64,000 nucleotides of DNA from Planctomycetota bacterium. Lineage in GTDB: Bacteria; Planctomycetota; Phycisphaerae; UBA1845. Position numbers and translations under genes: made by a program. The notes beneath the pieces are model-generated. The model ran no database searches, had not been told where the DNA came from, and saw only the letters and a program-made list of their open reading frames with translations. Position 1 is the stretch's first letter; the number at the start of each line of letters is the position of its first letter. Positions 60,820 to 64,000 of this stretch are shown here, piece by piece. The DNA is taken from assembly GCA_016200265.1 (NCBI GenBank), contig JACQFE010000038.1, forward strand, positions 13,539-77,538, written 5' to 3'.

Positions 60820-61434
60820 TCAGCCGCCCTTGGCCGGGGGCATGACTTCCGTCTTCATGTCCGGAAGCGCCTTTGCTTCTTCCATCTTGTCGGCCTTACC
60901 GGTGTTGTCGACATCGGCCTTCATCAATTTCTCGCCCGCCACCGTGTACACTTCCGCGGCGAGCTTGTCCTTCTTCATCATCGCCAGCGCGGCGACCGCC
61001 TTGCCCTTCGACGCAGTCTCAGCCGCCTCGATCATCTTGGTGAGCGGCATCTTGTCCGCTTCCATCGCCTTGGCGCATTTTTCGCTGGCCGCTGCGTCCA
61101 TGCCGTTCACGGATTTCATCTTCTTCGTTGCACCACCCTTGCCTGAAGCATCCATCTCGACGACCATCATTTTGCCTTCGGCGACGCAGGCGGCCTGGTA
61201 AGACATCTTGCCATCGTCCGCCATCGCTGCCATGACGCTGACGATTTTGCCCTTGCATTCCGCGGCCGCGGCATCGACGACCCTGCTCAACGTCGTCTTC
61301 GCGCCTTCCATCGTCTTGACCATTGTCGCCGCCTCGGCCGGACTCTTGCCACCCTTCGCCAGAGCAAGCCCGCCGAACAGCGCGATGACTCCGAAACCAA
61401 CGAGAACCGAAATTGACTTGCTTCTTGGTGACAT
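60820..61434 (-). CDS. Secreted Met/Lys-rich protein with two PepSY-like modules
   Basis: A signal/anchor (ISVLVGFGVIALFGGLALA) is followed by two similar modules: TLSRVVDAAAAECKGKIVSVMAAMADDGKMSYQAACVAEGKMMVVEMDASGK and PLTKMIEAAETASKGKAVAALAMMKKDKLAAEVYTVAGEKLMKADVDNTGK. I counted 20 Met in 204 aa by hand. Confidence 0.55.
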   Translation of the reverse strand: MSPRSKSISVLVGFGVIALFGGLALAKGGKSPAEAATMVKTMEGAKTTLSRVVDAAAAECKGKIVSVMAAMADDGKMSYQAACVAEGKMMVVEMDASGKGGATKKMKSVNGMDAAASEKCAKAMEADKMPLTKMIEAAETASKGKAVAALAMMKKDKLAAEVYTVAGEKLMKADVDNTGKADKMEEAKALPDMKTEVMPPAKGG

Positions 61435-61560
61435 CTCTTACTCCTAAAATGTGCTCACACGCCGAATCAAACGGCCCGCGCCGCGATGCCGTATGAGCTA
61501 TCTGGGAACGATATTACTCTACGTTGAAGTTTCGGCATGGTCAATGATTGCCGGCATCTC

Positions 61561-64000
61561 CTACCGCGACGCGGACGAACTCGTCAGCTCGCGGCTCAGC
61601 TCCGGGCACGGGGCCACGAACATCAGCGGCTTTTGACCGTGTGGTAGAATTTTGATTTCCGCACCGTAATCGTTCCAGCTTGAGGTCGACACACTTCGCA
61701 CCGTCGCTTCGGCAGAAAGCCCTGCGTACATGACCAACGCATATCGTTCATTCAATGGATGCCGTCCCGCCACGATCAACGCTGTGTCCATGTGCGCGTA
61801 TGTTTTAATTCGAATCGTGAACGATTGCGGCCCGAACTGCACTGGGAATGAATCCTTCAGGCGATCCGCGATCGCATTCGTCCCCGGTCGCCCAATCAGC
61901 ACAAGGTGATGCGACTTCATCATTTCATCCGTCAGTTCACGATCGCTCACCATGCCAACGACGACGTTCGATCCCTCACTCGTGCGGAGTCGGTCCTGAA
62001 GCATCTCGGCGGCCTCGCGATTACCGACCGCATCATCCAACGTCCCGTACACAATGAGCGTATGTTCGAGATCGGGCATGAACGCCTTGATGTCCATACG
62101 CCCACCGTTGGCCTTCGCGACGCGACCGAATCGATCAATCGTGATTCGCGAGGGTGCTTCTTTGGAGTCCAACGAGAACTGGCCATTCGCGGGATCGACA
62201 TCGACCGTTTCAGTTTTCTCGTTCGCGCCGCAATCGACAGTGACTTCAACAGTTGCGGGCAACAGTCCCTCTTCGGCTTTCAGAGTTCCGACAATGCGAT
62301 ACCTTGACTGGGCGTCATCGGGTTGCGTTTCCACCGAAGCATCGACGAGCTTCAATCTCGGCAAGCCCGGTTGGTTGAGCCAGTATTCGAAGAACTTGTC
62401 GAGCTTTTTGTCCGACTTGGCCTCCACGTGAGCGATGAACTGCTCGCTATCGACTGTCTTGCCGCCATTTTCCACGCCGAATGAATCCATCGCCGCGATG
62501 AAGGCGTCATCGCCAATCGTGCGGCGCAGCTCGCTTAAGACAAGCATCCCCTTGCCCGCCGCAACCTGATACCAATCGTTGTCGATGAAGCGGGATTGAA
62601 TCTGGCGAAGCGGAGTATCTCCGCTCACGCCAACCCCGCGATAATATCGCGATCGCGCCTGGAACAGGCTTGTGGCGGCCTTATCCATGTCGCTCTGGCA
62701 GGGGCATTTCGACTTCGCCGGATCGATTTCGGATTTTTCCTTTTCGACTACGCGGTGATAATCCGCGAACGCCGCGGCCAGCCAGACGTCGCCATCGGAT
62801 TTCGGCAAAATCGTTCCGCGCCAAATGACTTTCGATGCCTTGGGTCGCCATTCTTCCTTGTTCCGATCCTTATCATCGTGCCCCAGGCCATTCTCATCGG
62901 AATTGATATTGTCTGTCGGGATATCCACGACTTTGGTGGCGTGCTCTGCATCGCGCGGCGGAGTGCCGTGCAGGATTGCCCACGGGTTGCTCACCATCGG
63001 ACGAATTTCTTCGAATTCGCGCTTCTCCTCATCCGTCGGCTTCCAGGTCTTGCCCATCGGCGGACCGTATGTCGCCCATGTTTTCAAATTTTTCGCAAGC
63101 GAAGTCGTCGTGAACTTGGCATCAACAGAAGACGATTTGCAGATCGGGGCCGACGTGAAAATCTCTTTCGCGGCCTTTTCGTCGATCTTGCCCTTGTGCG
63201 AGTTGTAAAACTTGAGCCAGGCGATGTCGCGATCGGTCGGTCGCCACACGGCGTTTTCCGGTCGATCATTCGTGCCCGCGATCGTTTCGAGTCGAACGGC
63301 CAAGTCCTTCGTATTGTTGCATCCCCAATAGAATCCCTCCGTGCCGCCGAACCAGTCGTTCTTGCTGCTTCGATACAGCATGCTCGTCTTCGTGCCGAGC
63401 TCAAACATCGCGATCTCATTGGTGTTCGCGTCGCCGATCATCCACTCATTCGTATACAGGCCGTTGTTCGCGCCTTTCAGAACCTCCACGACGTCATCAA
63501 TCGAATTCCCGTATTGCAATGCATGTCGAATTCGCGACGCCAACGGCGTTCCCAGATTTCCGAATTGCGTCTGTTCGATCGTCGTCTCCGCGACCATGAT
63601 CCCCGAGTCGCTGATGTAATAATCCATCCCGCTCTGAATGCCACCGGGATAACTCTGCATCACCACGCGATGCCCCTTGGTGGGCTGCACATCGAGCCAC
63701 ACGTTGTAAAACGTCGAAGGATACAACATAAACATCGTGATATGACCAAAGACGATTTTTCCATCAGCCGTTGCCGGACCCGTCGCCGCGAATGCTGAAC
63801 ATCGACTCACGTGCGGCGTCGATGGCTCAGGGATAGGGGTCGGCTCGAATTTCTTTCCTTCCAATCCCGTTGGCGTGGCCTTGAGCGCCCAATCCAGCGT
63901 CATGATCTCCGGCCAGAGATTGATCGCCACGATATCCACGAGATCGACCGATCGGCCATAGACTTTCGCGCCCATTTCCGCCGTGCCATCGGCGATCCCC
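61561..64000 (-). CDS. C45-family Ntn-hydrolase/acyltransferase-like protein with large C-terminal extension; the N-terminus probably lies beyond the window end
   Basis: VSRCSAFAATGPATADGKIVFGH... is a C45-like nucleophile context. The frame stays open upstream of the listed Met (GIADGTAE-MGAKV...) to position 64000, so the true start may be outside the window. Confidence 0.65.
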   Translation of the reverse strand, partial: GIADGTAEMGAKVYGRSVDLVDIVAINLWPEIMTLDWALKATPTGLEGKKFEPTPIPEPSTPHVSRCSAFAATGPATADGKIVFGHITMFMLYPSTFYNVWLDVQPTKGHRVVMQSYPGGIQSGMDYYISDSGIMVAETTIEQTQFGNLGTPLASRIRHALQYGNSIDDVVEVLKGANNGLYTNEWMIGDANTNEIAMFELGTKTSMLYRSSKNDWFGGTEGFYWGCNNTKDLAVRLETIAGTNDRPENAVWRPTDRDIAWLKFYNSHKGKIDEKAAKEIFTSAPICKSSSVDAKFTTTSLAKNLKTWATYGPPMGKTWKPTDEEKREFEEIRPMVSNPWAILHGTPPRDAEHATKVVDIPTDNINSDENGLGHDDKDRNKEEWRPKASKVIWRGTILPKSDGDVWLAAAFADYHRVVEKEKSEIDPAKSKCPCQSDMDKAATSLFQARSRYYRGVGVSGDTPLRQIQSRFIDNDWYQVAAGKGMLVLSELRRTIGDDAFIAAMDSFGVENGGKTVDSEQFIAHVEAKSDKKLDKFFEYWLNQPGLPRLKLVDASVETQPDDAQSRYRIVGTLKAEEGLLPATVEVTVDCGANEKTETVDVDPANGQFSLDSKEAPSRITIDRFGRVAKANGGRMDIKAFMPDLEHTLIVYGTLDDAVGNREAAEMLQDRLRTSEGSNVVVGMVSDRELTDEMMKSHHLVLIGRPGTNAIADRLKDSFPVQFGPQSFTIRIKTYAHMDTALIVAGRHPLNERYALVMYAGLSAEATVRSVSTSSWNDYGAEIKILPHGQKPLMFVAPCPELSRELTSSSASR

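Overview
The window is moderately GC-rich (judged by eye) and looks like a Planctomycetota/PVC-type chromosome. That taxonomic call is an inference from gene content: many secreted FG-GAP, thrombospondin-type-3, dockerin-like and beta-helix proteins, pseudopilins, a Ser/Thr kinase with TPRs, and weak Shine-Dalgarno usage.

The core of the window (about 32.8-49.0 kb, all on the minus strand) is one long translation/transcription gene array: tRNA-Thr, tuf, rpmG, tRNA-Trp, secE, nusG, rplK, rplA, rplJ, rplL, rpoB, a GNAT gene, rpoC, rpsL, bioY, rpsG. Two non-ribosomal genes sit inside normally contiguous pairs: a GNAT acetyltransferase between rpoB and rpoC, and bioY between rpsL and rpsG.

The flanks carry:
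- Housekeeping genes: fumC (partial), pckA, rsmE, tilS, yidD, arfB, an aminotransferase and an M20 peptidase.
- Envelope genes: an O-antigen-ligase-like protein, a GT39-like protein and an AsmA-like protein.
- Large secreted repeat proteins.

The most notable items I can support from the sequence:
1. An RNase P RNA of about 748 nt (11222-11969, minus), roughly twice the usual size. Its P12 is a 233-nt element closed by a 33-bp near-perfect inverted repeat, and a second insert of about 138 nt lies before the 3-prime P4 strand.
2. A family of intergenic 7-nt-period 'GAAnnnY / TTYGAAY' arrays. It includes a 21-nt exact repeat shared by two distant loci. Some copies form long hairpins.
3. Two identical-architecture triplets of CGCAGATT with 9/10-bp spacing, 307 bp apart.
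4. A G6/C6 palindromic element present once intergenically and once in-frame inside tilS.
5. A Kelch-repeat gene interrupted by one in-frame TGA.

I saw no CRISPR array, transposase, integrase or recognisable defence system.

The supplied ORF track omits edge-truncated ORFs and ORFs under 60 aa, so fumC, the 5-prime-truncated C45 gene and rpmG were recovered by manual translation. It also over-extends several N-termini through stop-free repeat DNA.
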